NCBI RefSeq assembly: GCF_035084215.1 | Contig: NC_090370.1 | Coordinates: forward strand, 10,914,001-10,978,000 | Length of the DNA: 64,000 bases | From: Heptranchias perlo | Taxonomy: Eukaryota | Direction: 5' to 3' | Shown here: positions 49,129 to 61,816 of the stretch, one piece after another | Layout: every line of letters begins with the position of its first letter | Position numbering within the stretch: the stretch's first letter is position 1 | Notes under the pieces: generated by a model | What the model saw: the letters and a program-made list of their open reading frames with translations, nothing else | Told to the model about the DNA's origin: nothing | The model's database searches: none | Program-made: the position numbers and the translations under genes

Positions 49129-51127
49129 ACTGCTGTTAGATACCAGGGTATCAATACATTTGGCCTCACATATCAACAGTACATGCTTCAAGGAAGCCCC
49201 TCTATGTAGCAATGGTATCACTTGTGTGTCCCATTTTAATTTGCTTCAGAAATATCCCACTTAATCCAAATAGAGATGCATCTGTAAAGGCTGAACTTCG
49301 AGCAGCTTGGATCAAGGCTTGAGATACAACAGTCTTCCTGAGTGGTCTGGAGACTTGTCCACAACTTTCACCAGTGATGCTCCACAGCAACCAAACAGGA
49401 GATGCACTCTGTATGGGTGGGACAGCTTACCTTGCCAATGTTTGTTGAGTCACTTGTGAGTTGTACAATTTCATGTACTTGTGGATGAAAATTAGATTCT
49501 GTGGCTTCACATTGGGTGTAAGTAGCCTTATTTATTTACTCATGCAAAAGACTATCAGGAGCCTTTCATGCACAAAGGCTTTTACACATTTGAAAAGCTT
49601 CCACAATGCAGCAATAACAGAAGTTTATTTCTTTCTTTTTCTTTTATGTTCATTTTTTGTTTCTTGCTTTAAAAACATACGAATTACCTCCAAAGTGAGA
49701 GTTGTCTTCTTGGCTGTAATAACCACAATCTGCAGTTACATCGCGTTGCAGAGAGTCTATGGCACAGAAAGAGGCCATTTGGCCCAGCTGGTCTATGCCA
49801 GCATTTATGCACCACACAAGGCTCCTCCGACCCCTCTTTATCTCACCCTATCAACATATCCTTCTATTCCTTTCTCCCTCATGTGTTTATCTAGCTTCCC
49901 TTTAAATGCATCTATGCTATTCGCCTCAACAACTCCTTGTGGTAGTGTATTCCACATTCTAACCACTCTCTGGGTAAAGATGTTTCTCCTGAATTCCCTA
50001 TTGAATTTATTAGTGACTATCTTATATTTATGATCTTAATGATATGCATTCTGAAGATTCTGCCCATCCACCTCCCTCTGAGAATCTCAGGTTTTAACAG
50101 GCTAACTAGCAATGGGTCCCCTGGGGGAGGGAGGGGAAATTCATCCAGGGTTCCTGCTTCTCATTACTATGCGAGGAAAACCATCCGAAAATGCGCGTGG
50201 GTGAACAGGATTGGGCTGAGTTGTAATGCCCCTCACGACCGATTAGCCTGTTGACACTCACTATCTGAGCCTATGTTTTAATGCTACTTTCTGACCCTAT
50301 GTTTTCATGCTACAGAGGCCATTGGCCCACACGAGCACACACTGAGAGAGTGTAATGTTCCGTGCAGCCCCAAGGGACCACATCACAAGATTGATTAAGC
50401 TATGCACCATCTGACCTCTGCAGAAAGAAAAAAAAAGACCCACTGGTTTGAAATAATTACCTAACAATCTGAAAAGCAAGAATTTGTTTAAAAAGCACAT
50501 TTTTTCAATGTTGCCGCACAGCGTGAGCAGAATATATTAGAACACTGGTATACAGAAAATAAATTGCTATGATGCAGTTGATGTCATTCACCCGTGCCTA
50601 CAACCCTCGTAAATTATGCTAATGCCACACAATATTTTCTGTAAGCCAGCATGTTCCAATGTACCCTTAACATACCAGTTACTGTATCGACAATACACTG
50701 ATCTACATCTCAAAACATTAGAAGCTGAGAGCAGTCATGTTAGGGACATGTTAGAAATTATATTTATGATCAGATTGACAATTCATTTAAACATAAGGAG
50801 TAGCAAACATACAAATGTAATTTTTCTTCTTGAGGCACCTCCAGGCTCAACTGTTCCAATTCTCTCTTGACCGGCCTCCTAGCCCCTACCCTCCATAAAC
50901 TTCAGCTCATCCAAAACTCTGCTGCCTGTATCCAAACCTGCACCAAGTCTCACCCACCCATCACCCCTGTGCTCGCTGACCTACATTGGCTCCCGGTCCA
51001 CCAACACCTCGAATTTAAATTTCTCATCCTTGTTTTTAAATCACTCCATGGCCTCGTCCCTCCCCATCTGTGTAACCTCCTCCAACCCTCCAACCTTCCG
51101 AGAACTCTGCGCTCCTCCATCTCTGGG

Positions 51128-51364
51128 CTAGCATCGCCAACTCTTGTTGGATGTATTCCTGTAGATTTCATCACATGACATCCCACCTCCAACCGCCTCA
51201 CACAGTCAAATAGTCTTTTTCCCAATCTCCAATCTTTAAATAATTAATAAACAAAAGAAAATGGGGCAAGAAACAAAATGTTTCGATGACTTTTCTCCTG
51301 GGTTGCTTGCAGCAGTGTCCAGAGACTAATCTGTAATTCCTGGAGACTCCAGGACAATCCTAGT
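51128..51364. mobile_element. Same hAT-like family nested in an L2 fragment
   Basis: gccaactcttgttggatgtattcctg...ctggagactccaggacaatcc; L2 sequence resumes at tctggcctcttg. Confidence 0.6.
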
Positions 51365-52167
51365 CTGGCCTCTTGTGCAGCCCCCACTTCCTTTGCCCCA
51401 CCACTGGCAGCCGTGTCTTCAGCTGTCTAGGTCCTAAGCTCTGGAATTCCCTCCCTAAACCTCTCAGCCTCTCCACCTTTCTCCTCCTTTAAAGCCCTCC
51501 TTAAAACCTACTGCTTTGACCAAGTTTTTAGTCAACGCATCTAATATCGCCTTCTTTTGCTCGGTGTCAATTTTTGACTGATTACGTTTCTGTGAAGCCT
51601 CTTGGGCCGATTTTTCAACGTTAAAGGCACTATATAAATGCAAGCTGTTGTTGTAACGTTATCCTTCACTGTGATTAGCTTCCCTCCCTTACAAAACACA
51701 CACGGATCTACGTCCCAAAATATAGATTTTTTTTTTAAACTTTAGAAGCTGAGAGCAGTCATGTTAGGGACATGATGCAGATTGACAACTCATTTAAACA
51801 TAAGGAGTAGCAAACATACAAATTTTAATGCATGGGGCCCTAGTAGCACATATTGGGAATGTCAACTCATGATTTTCCATTCATTAATTTTAATGGACAG
51901 AATCTGTTTTTATTGACTCCAAATCTGTATAAAGTCCCTATCCTGGCCGGTCCATGAATTACTCTCTCCTGCGAGTCGCTGTCCTGAAGTTTCTACATTT
52001 GAAACGGTTTGAGAATAAATCACACCCAGAGCCAGTATTTAAAATGAAAACCAAATAGCTGATGTTTTAATATTTAATTATATTTTTTTCCTGTATTCCC
52101 TAAATATCATAGTCAATATAATATATAAGTTAAATAAAGAGATGGTTAATAAATATAAATAATTTTT

Positions 52168-52174
52168 AAAAAAA
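52168..52174 (-). terminator. Pol III T7 terminator of the tRNA-Gly gene
   Basis: TTTTTTT begins 3 nt after the discriminator base on the minus strand. Confidence 0.8.
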
Positions 52175-52177
52175 CTA

Positions 52178-52248
52178 TGCATCGGCCGGGAATCGAACCC
52201 GGGCCTCCCGCGTGGCAGGCGAGAATTCTACCACTGAACCACCGATGC
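52178..52248 (-). tRNA. tRNA-Gly(GCC), 71 nt, intronless
   Basis: GCATCGGTGGTTCAGTGGTAGAATTCTCGCCTGCCACGCGGGAGGCCCGGGTTCGATTCCCGGCCGATGCA; full cloverleaf, A and B boxes, GCC anticodon. Confidence 0.97.
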
Positions 52249-53688
52249 TTGACAAAGGAAAAATAAAAATCAGGGCTTATCTCAGTTTGATCTTTGTCAG
52301 AATTTATACTCACAGAACAATTTTTTTTAAATCCCCAAATTCTGGCAGTTCAGAGAAATCTAACTTCAAGAACTTGGAAGATTCATTATTACCAATTCTG
52401 TTGCATTAGATGTGGCCTGTAAGGAGCAGTTATCCGATAAAATTTGTCTTTGTACACAGTCCTCTACCAAGTGTGGTGCTTCCCATTTCTGGCTACCGAA
52501 GGCCACAATATGACAAGCATCTTCCTGAGACAGCTGATAGGGTTTCTTGCCAGGCCTTGGCTGGCTGGTGGCCTGCTACCAGTGATTTGGGAAACCAGTT
52601 GGTGTGAAACTGCAGTAAAACTGTTAACCGGTTTTGTTGTGCTGATTTTCACCTTAATGTTCCGCGGGCTGATTTAATCAAATGGTGTTGAACCTAGAGT
52701 ATAATGTTACTTTTAACGGAAGGGGAATAAAATTATCCTAGAGTTTCAGTTGTGTTATGGAGCAATACGTATCGGACAGTACGGTGTAAGATTTTCAATC
52801 ATGAGCCATATACCCGAGGTGTTGATAAGGGGTCGGCCATTTAAGACTGAGATGAGGAGGAATTTCTTCACTCAGAGGGTTGTGAATCTTTGGAATTCTC
52901 TACCCCAGAGGGCTGTGGATGCTCAGTCGTTGAGTATATTCAAGGCTGAAATAGATTTTTGGACTCTAGGGGAATCAAGGGATATGGGGATCGGGCAAGA
53001 AAGTGGAGTTGAGGTCGAAGATCAGCCATGATTTGATTGAATGGTGGAGCAGGCTCGAGGGGCCGTATGGTCTACTCTTGCTCCTATTTCTTATGTTCTT
53101 ATGCCAAAACCATAAACATGGTTAAAGCACAGATCCCTGGGGGCCACCATTACGCACACCCCACCAGTCCAAAAAACAACCATTTGCCCCATTCTTTGCT
53201 TTCTATCTCCCAGCCATCTCTCAATCCATGTGCTACACTCCTTTGCATACCAGTGTGCCTTAATTTACTATAGCAGGTCTGCAATGTGGCACCATATCAA
53301 AAAAAATACATAGCTTCAACATCCATTGCATTTCCTTCATCTATGCAGGCTCTGATTTTCTCAAATCATTCAATTAAATTATCCAAGCACAACCTGACCT
53401 TTACAGATCCACGCTGACGTCCTTGATTAGCCCACACCTTTCATAAAGGAAAGGACTTGCATTTATACAGCGCTTTTTATGACATCCCAAAGTTCTTTGC
53501 AGTCAATTAAGTACCTTTGAAGTGTAGTCACAGTTGTAATGTAGGAAACACGGCAGCCAATTTGCGCACAGCAAGATCCCACAAACAGCAATGAGATAAA
53601 TGACCAGATAATCTGTTTTAATGATGATGGTTAAAGGATAAATATTGGTCAAGACACCAGGAGAATTTCCCTTCTCTTCTTTGAATAA

Positions 53689-54325
53689 TTTTTTTTTTTA
53701 TTCGTTCATGGGACGTGGGCGTCGCTGGCGAGGCCGGCATTTATTGCCCATCCCTAATTACCCTTGAGAAGATGGTGGTGAGACGCCTTCTTGAACCGCT
53801 GCAGTCCGTGTGGTGACGGTTCTCCCGCAGTGCTGTTAGGAAGGGAGTTCCAGGATTTTGACCCAGCGACGATGAAGGAACGGCGATATATTTCCAAGTC
53901 GGGATGGTGTGTGACTTGGAGGGGAACGTGCAGGTGGTGTTGTTCCCATGTACCTGCTGCTCTTGTCCTTCTAGGTGGTAGAGGTCGCGGATTTGGGAGG
54001 TGCTGTCGAAGAAGCCTTGACGAGTTGCTGCAGTGCATCCTGTGGATGGTACACACTGCAGCCACAGTGCGCCGGTGGTGAAGGGATTGAATGTTTAGGG
54101 TGGTGGATGGGGTGCCAATCAAGCAGGCTGCTTTGTCCTGGATGGTGTCGAGCTTCTTGAGTGTTGTTGGAGCTGCACTCATCCAGGCAAGTGGAGAGTA
54201 TTCCATCACACTCCTGACTTGTGCCTTGTAGATGGTGGAAAGGCTTTGGGGAGTCAGGAGGTGAGTCACTCGCCGCAGAATACCCAGCCTCTGACCTGCT
54301 CTTGTAGCCACGGTATTTATATGGC
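53689..54325 (-). mobile_element. Second, 3'-only copy of the same LINE, inserted in a Deu-type SINE
   Basis: Nearly identical to 37617-38253; poly(T) 53689-53699; SINE resumes at gccatggg (~54324). Confidence 0.92.
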
Positions 54326-54539
54326 CATGGGCTCTTTTACATCCACCTGGGAGGGCAGACAGGGCCTCGGTTTAACATCTCATCCGAAAGATGGTACCTC
54401 CGACAGGGCAGCATGGAGGTGTCAGATCGGATTGTGCGCTCAAGTTGCTGGAGTGGGGCTTGAACCCACAACCTCCTGACTCAGGCAAAAGTGCGACTAG
54501 TGAGCCAACACTGACCCTAGCCGACAAGCTGGTAAAGTT

Positions 54540-54680
54540 TACCCAGAAGTGCCGTAAGATTGACTGAGCTATGATTTCCCTGGCTTAGCCTTTCCCTTTT
54601 ATTGAACAGGGGTGTAACATTGGCCAGCCTCCAGTCTTTTGGCACAAATCCCTTTTCCAAAGATTTTTGCAAAATGATGG
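54540..54680 (-). mobile_element. Old CR1 ORF2 internal fragment
   Basis: KSLEKGFVPKDWRLANVTPLF...SVNLT...GKL. Confidence 0.7.
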
Positions 54681-54944
54681 TTTTTTTTTCTCTCACCGGG
54701 GAGCAAAGAAAAACCAAGAGAATGTAATGGAGCATAGGCTATTCCAGCAGCCATAGCAGTCGTAAAAGTCCCATATTAAATCTATTGGTTGCGCAGTTTG
54801 ATTTGTGTGAAGGAATTGGTTAGGTTTGCAAAGAATTTTTATCAACAGCAAAGCAGACATCAGAATTCAAGCTGTGCATGATCTCACCCAGTGTCCTATC
54901 TCTATTCTGCCTCCTACCGAGTTCTGTGCTGTGGTATTTACCCT

Positions 54945-55360
54945 ACAGACTAAATGTAGGGTCAAAGTTCGATCCCTCCATATTCGGAGTTAGCTGATTT
55001 CACCCAGGGCAGTGGTGATGGTTAGGGAGGGGAGAAAAAGTCATCCAGGGTTCCCACTCTTGGTCGCTGTCCTGTGACTCCTCCTGAAAACTATTTGCAT
55101 GTGTGCAGATGCTGGGTGAGGACAGGCAGATGAAGAGTATCCCACCCCCTCCCCAATGGTCAAACTGTCTTCCAACACCTACTATCTAGGTTCATGCATG
55201 AAGAATAGTCACTTGGGCATGGTAGTAAAGGACTGGCAGCTCCTGAGGAACCATTCCACTGGAATGAGTCACTGGTTTCAGGCGAGGAGGAGTGCCCATG
55301 GAACTGTACCCCACCAAGAATTAGCACCTTCGGGAGAGGAGGGGAGAAAATTAGGGGAGA
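54945..55360 (+). mobile_element. Older tRNA-derived SINE (AmnSINE2/UCON3-like, name tentative); copies ~7430-7745, 15150-15470, 20440-20640, 22770-23200, 27060-27430, 31300-31470(-), 42370-42620(-), 50110-50270, 56998-57650
   Basis: Recurrent GAGTTAGCTGATCTCA, CCAGGGTTCC, GGTGAGGACAGG, CACTCACT, GAATGGCCACTTGGG blocks. Confidence 0.65.
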
Positions 55361-57982
55361 GGGATGAACATAAAAAGTTGAGATTGTTCTACATGCAGTA
55401 ACATTGCTAGATGTTTAGCTTTTTTTTGGAGGTAATGCTACTTTCACCGTAATTACTGCCAGTCCACATGTCTTACAATGAATTAAATCCTGCCGTAATG
55501 GTTCATCACATGGTGACTACACCACCAATTAAAACAGTTATTGGGTGTTAGACCTGACTGAACTAAGCCACCTTCCCATTTATTGCATTCTTTTGATGTG
55601 TAAAACATATGTGTTGTAAATCACATCTGAAAACAAGTTTGATACCTCCTCGAGCATTGTGCTAACAATGAGCATTAATAAATCTTCTGTACTTGTTCCT
55701 CCATTGTGATTTAACCCTTTCCTACATTACAACAGTGACTACACTTCAAAAAGTACTTCATTGGCTGTAAAGCGCTTTGGGGTGTCTTAAGGTCGTGAAA
55801 GGCGCTATAGAAATGCAAGTTCTTTCTAACTTTTACAAGCTGCAGACGTGATTGCTCTTTCTTTGCGAGCAGCTTCTGAACATGTTTTGTTTGTTATTAA
55901 CAGCTGTTTTGACATGTAAAGGTGCGGCTCAGATTGACTGGTCATTGCGTGTATGTTAGTTTTCACTCTTCTGATTTTCAATCGGCTAAAACAAAAACTT
56001 TGGAGCCAGAGGGGCAGGTACAAAGTATTGCTGGGAGGAAAAGATTGAGGCATTTCCGGGATTTGGAGCAGGGAGAAGGAAAAGGAGGAGACAATCCATG
56101 CTAAACACATTTTGTGGTGGAGGGGGGAAAACACAAGACTCTTAAATAATCTTAAACATTAGCTTCCTAGAGAAATAAGGTATAAAAATGGTGGGTTAGA
56201 TGGCAAAAAAGGAAATTTAAAATTAAAAGAAAGAACTTGCATTGATATAACACTTTATCACATCATTATGGCACCCCCAAAGCACTTCACAGCTAATGTT
56301 ACTATCAGGCAAATAGAGCAACAGCCAATTTGCTCACAGTAAGATCCCACAAACAGTAAATGAGATGAATGGCCAATTAAACTGTATTTTGGTTGAGGGA
56401 GGAATGTTGGCCAGGACAACTCCCCTGCTCTTCTACACTCCTCCCTCCCACCATCTCCCACCATCCCGACCAGGCAGTCAGGATCTCAGTTGAACATCTC
56501 ATCCAAAAGAGGGCACCTCTGACAATGCAGCATTCCCTCAGTGCTGCCCTGAAGTGTCAGCCAAGATCATGTGCTCAAGTCCACAGGGAAACTTGACCCC
56601 ACAATCTTCTGACTCAGAGGCACACTTGGAGTTTCAATTGTTATTTTTAAAATTTAAAATAGTTATGGGTTTTTTTATGATTCAGGGGTAATATCACAGT
56701 AATAAATGCTTTCCTGACATATACATTTTGTTAATATTGTAATATTAGTGTTTATTTGACTGTCACAAAACTGGCCAGCCCAGCTAGACAGTCATTTAAC
56801 TAGATCTAACAGCAGTCTAGGGGGTAAACAATGATATAGATTCTTTATGAGATTCAAGGATAAATACAGATGGGGTGGTCAAATATTCTCCAGAGCTCAG
56901 TGGTTCCTGCACTCTTGGGATTGTGGAAATGCCATCTGTGGAAAGCAAATGGTGAGGTTAGAATAATGGAGGTGGAAGGGAAGGCAGATCTTGTGTACAG
57001 CTCTCCTGATGGTCCAGTTGGTAAATAGACTGCCAGTGTAAATTGAGCAACTTGCATTTATATAGCGAGGAGGTTTTAAGGAGCATTTTAAAGGAGGAGA
57101 GAGAGGTAGTGAGGTTTAGGGCCTAGGCAGCTGAAGGCACGGCCGCCAATGGTGGAGCGATGAAAATCGGGGATGCACAAGAGGCCAGAATTGGAGGAAT
57201 GCAGAGATCTCGGTTGGGTTGTAGGAGGTTACAGAGATAGGGAGGGGCGAGGCCATGGAGAGATTTGAACACAAGATACAGACCAGGAAAGTCCCAGGCT
57301 TGAACCCTGGCCTATGTTGAGTGAGCTGACCTCAGTGGAGGGAGAGGGGTGATTGTAGGGAGCTACAAATGAATTCACTGCTCCCATGCTAGGGAGGGGA
57401 AAATTAACCAGGGTTCTTGATCCTGACTGCCTTACAGTAACACCTGCTGGAAAGTGTGCGTGTGTTAACATTAGGTAAGGGGAGGCTCAGGTTTGGCTAT
57501 GTTGTCCACCACTGTAGAAAGCTTGCCAACACTCACTGACAGGACTCACACGCCAGTGGGATGAGGTAACAAGAGAGCTGACATTGCCTGTAGAACTGTC
57601 CAGTAAAAGTCAACACCTTCATGAAAGAGGAAAGATAACTGGAGGGAAAAAATGGCACAAAGTAAAATCAGGTACCTGTATGGAAGGGTTCAATATTTCT
57701 CAAAAGGGGCATAATTGCTCCATTTGAAGTTACAGGTGTAGCAGTTCAGAACAACTCGTTCTCACATCTGTACTGCTGTATCACAGGTATTCAGCTGGTA
57801 CTGAGTTACAAAATGACTGACGGCTCCAAACAGGAATAGGAATTTCGATCCCCAGTGATGACTCCTGTGGCTGATGCTAACTGGATCTTTGGAGTAGAAG
57901 AGAATGTAATGAATCTTGATTTCAATACAGTGGGGAGAAGGAATAGTGCACTTGGTGCTTTGGAGGAACAAGAGAGGCAAGC

Positions 57983-58251
57983 TAGAAATTAGAGGCTGGA
58001 GAACGACAATGGAAGGATAGGAGTTGGAGACTAGAGAAAGACGATGGAGAGTTCGGAGCTGTAGGCTGGAGAAGTACAATGGAGAGATAGCAGTTGGAGA
58101 TTACAGAGGACGATGGTGGGATAGGGTTTGGAAAATAGAGAAGGACGATGGAGAGATAGAAATTAGAGGCTAGAGAAGGATGATGGAGAGTTTGGAGTTG
58201 AAGACTGGAGAAGCACAATGAGAGGTAGGGGTTGGAGACTAGAGAAGGATC
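57983..58251. repeat. Degenerate ~35-bp minisatellite, ~8 units
   Basis: Units like TAGGAGTTGGAGACTAGAGAAGGACGATGGAGAGA. Confidence 0.75.
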
Positions 58252-58487
58252 ATCCATCAGATTACAAGCTTTTTCTTGTGTCATTATCTCTTGACTTATT
58301 TTGTCTTTTACTCTTTCAAACTTGGTACTATCCTACACTGTGGACTTTGACCCTTCACACTGATTAAAAAAGGATTTCGTAGACGAGACTCCACTTCATG
58401 TGACTGGTTTTATTTTAATGCTCAATGAAGAATATCAATGGATACTATTTCGATCAAAACTGGAAATGCTCACTGTTTATTCGTCAA

Positions 58488-59134
58488 ATGTAAGGAATCT
58501 TACAACACCAGGTTATAGTCCAACAAATTTATTTTAAAATCACAAGCTTTCGGAGATTATCCCCTTCGTCAGGTGAATGAGTGAAAAGGTTCTCAAATCG
58601 CATATCTTATACTAGGCTGGGACAGCATCACACCAATCAAAAGGTGTCGTTGTTATTCAAACAGGCCAGTCACGGAGAACAGCACGTCCCAGTACACTGG
58701 ATATACATTGTGTCAATTACACAGACAGGCAGAAAGAAACCCAAAATGGCAGAGAGAGAGAGAGAGAATATTAAAAAACATAATTTTTTTCCCCCCTTTT
58801 TGCTGGTGGGGTTACGTGTAGCGTGACATGAACCCAAGATCCCGGTTGAGGCCGTCCTCATGGGTGCGGAACTTGGCTATCAACTTCTGCTCGACGATTT
58901 TGCGTTGTCGTGTGTCTCGAAGGCCGCCTTGGAGAACGCTTACCCGAAGATCGGTGGCTGAATGTCCTTGACTGCTAAAGTGTTCCCCGACTGGGAGGGA
59001 ACCCTCCTGTCTGGCGATTGTTGCGCGGTGTCCGTTCATCCGTTGTCGCAGTGTCTGCAAGGTCTCGCCAATGTACCATGCTCCGGGGCATCCTTTCCTG
59101 CAACGTATGAGGTAGACAACGTTGGCCGAGTCAC
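58488..59134 (-). mobile_element. Penelope-like element 3' fragment (GIY-YIG endonuclease + terminal repeat)
   Basis: Open frame ~59135-58812: CDSANVVYLIRCRKGCPGAWYIGETLQTLRQRMNGHR...GLNRD; 9-bp TSD ATTCGTCAA at 58479-58487 and 59135-59143. Confidence 0.9.
58540..58576 (-). ncRNA. Minimal type I hammerhead ribozyme motif
   Basis: TCAC-CTGACGA-AGGGGATAATCTCC-GAAA-GCTT-GTGA: stem I TCAC/GTGA, CUGANGA and GAAA cores, stem II GGGGA/TCTCC, palindromic AAGCTT in place of stem III. Confidence 0.75.
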
Positions 59135-61370
59135 ATTCGTCAAGGGGACAGGGTGAATTAGGCCAACTCCTATCACTGTCCCAAGCCGAATTTGTGTAGC
59201 ACAGAGGACATGGCCTGGAACACGTGACACAGATTTTAGATCATGACCAAACTATTGTAATTCATTGTTTTTTTAAAATTTGGTTGAATTCCATCTTTAA
59301 CCTTATGCAATTATGAAATTAAAACCAGGTGTGGAAATCTACAAAGATCAAGAGGACACGTCTCCGAATTTGTAATAATATTTGATTTAAAGAGAAATTA
59401 TATTAATGGCCTTGTTTTGGTTGATCTGTTTCCTTGTCCCATTTACATCTGCTAACAAACCAGTAGCAGGCTTCGAGTTGGTATGTGGGTTACAGTGTGA
59501 GGCACTGCAGGGATATACTGCACACTAGTGGTGGGATAGAGAAAAGCAGCTTCATTTAGTTTGTTAGCACAGTGATAAATAATGCTATCACATTATAAGA
59601 TCAGTTTGAATGAAGAAGGCTCTTTGGACTTCCAGAATGCCTACCCTACCATCTTCCCATTACAGCTGTTTCCTAAATAAGTCCATTGTCTGGGCTTCAA
59701 CCATCCTCCCTGCTAACCAGTTCTGCCTGTGTCTATCCCTGTGTAAAGTCCAGAATGATGATGTGTCTCTTTGAGTTATGGGTGGATTTTTAACTTGCCA
59801 TTTGGGTGTAAGACTGGCATTGCGGATCGACCGCCTGTTATAGAAACCGCCCGATTTTCATTTCATAGAACTTGGCAGTGTCTAGGAGAAGCGTCAGTGG
59901 TATTATCCCAGGTAGTTCCAGACCTACCACCTATACCATGACACCATTACAGATTATTTAATCTATACAGCAGTCGAGATACAGTACTGAGGTTGCAGAC
60001 ACTTAATCTGATACGAACAAGTTTAATAGAAATTATTATCTAATTATGCACAGACAATTGCTGAACCATCAAAATACATTGGGCTATATCTCCCTCTTTA
60101 TTTGCATAAAGGCTTAATAACCCTTTTTATTGTCATTTACAACTGGGTACAAAATGGTGGCCGTGTGTGATTTATAATTGGGCAGCTTCATGTAATAGTT
60201 TCTTTAGAGGAAATAGCAAAAATTCAGCCAATTGTGATGCACCTGTATAAATAACCCTCAAAGGCTTCTCAAACAACAAATGAGTCTCTCAAACCAGTGT
60301 AAACGTTAAACGGTTCATTAAACCTGTTGTGGAGTGAGCAAAGCTTTTGAGAAATGGCTGCGTGACAAGGCCATAAAGCCTGTTTCGCAGATCGGGCTCT
60401 TGACTGTCCTAGTGGGCTGTGCAATAGAGAAATGTTAGGAACTTTTTGATGGGCAAAGACAGGTCCAAACATGTGGAGATACGTGTCAGAACATGTGAAC
60501 TTGATGTCCGCCACTCAGCGGTTGGAGGCACGGAAGAAGTTGCACAACCTGAGAAAGAGCACAAAGGTAAGGCATAAGATATTAATGCAAAGTAGCTGCA
60601 CAGGACGTGTATGGGCATGAAGGAACACAATAGTGGTTAAAGAGATATGAAAGATGTGAGCAAAGATGCAGTAAGGAATTTCAATGGGCCAAATCACCCT
60701 GATTCAATCCACAATGCTCTTATGTTTCAAGGGAAAACTGATACATAGTAGAGGGAAACAAAATGGAACAGGTGGTGAACTCTACCAGCAAAAACCTCTC
60801 ATACAATATGAAGGCAGAATTGTTGATCTGTGCGGGAGGGAGGCTTGTGATTGCATTGGGTGTGAGGAGGTTGGAGGGAAGTGCAGACTAAGTGGTGTGT
60901 ACCATATCGATCATATCATTCTGTGATTGGCACAATAAGTTTCACCAACCTGTCCAAACACACTGATTGTACACAAGCATCGAATAGTGTATGTGCTTAT
61001 ATTTGTCGCAATGTCCCATTTGTTCTCTTCACTGAGCAAGGAGAAAGAAGCATCCTCAATTGGTCCCAAAGAGGAACAGTAATGCCAGTACCACTCATCA
61101 CCACCCACACTTACATTAAGCACCATCACAGATAAAGACACTGTGACTATTAGATAGTGGTGTGGCTGAGGAAGCCCAGGGTGAAGCATGGGGCAAAGCA
61201 CAGGGCACTGGTGGTGAAGGGGTACCAGTGGTAGGAATGATGAGGTGCCAGTAGGTAGATGATGGAGGTCTGGCAAGCTGACTGTCCCTCCTGAGTTGTC
61301 TACTGATAAGGACCTTAGTGGACCTGCTGCCTAATGGAGTTAAAACTCATATGCCTGGAATCTAACTCCC

Positions 61371-61816
61371 TAGAACCATAGAACCATAGAAAAGATACGG
61401 CACAGAAGGGGGCCATTCGGCCCATCGTGTCCGCGCCGGCTTGAAGAACAACCAGCTGCCCATTCTAATCCCACCTTCCAGCACCCGGTCCGTAGCCCTG
61501 CAGCTTACAGCACTTCAGGTGCAGGTCCAGGCACTTTTTAAAAGAGTTGAGGGTCCCTGCCTCTACCAGCAATTCGGGCAGTGAATTCCATACACCCACC
61601 ACCCTCTGGATAAAAAAGTTTTTCCTCATGTCCCCTCTAATCCTTCCGCCAATCAGCTTAAATCTATGTCCTCTAGTTCTTGAACTCTCCGCTAGGGGAA
61701 ACAGGTACTTCCTGTCTACTCTATCTAGGCCCCTCATAATTTTGTACACCTCAATCAAGTCTCCCCTCAGCCTCCTCTGCTCCAAGGAAAACAACCCCAG
61801 CCTATCCAATCTCTCA
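61371..61816 (-). mobile_element. CR1 3' fragment with (TTCTATGG)n tail
   Basis: ERLDRLGLFSLEQRRLRGDLIEVYK...GYGPGAGRWD*. Confidence 0.9.

Noticed and set aside
49461..50033. 190-codon plus-strand ORF
   Set aside because: Half is antisense CR1; the rest is T-rich low complexity.
57983..58251. CRISPR-like array
   Set aside because: Adjacent degenerate units without unique spacers; eukaryotic context, no cas genes.
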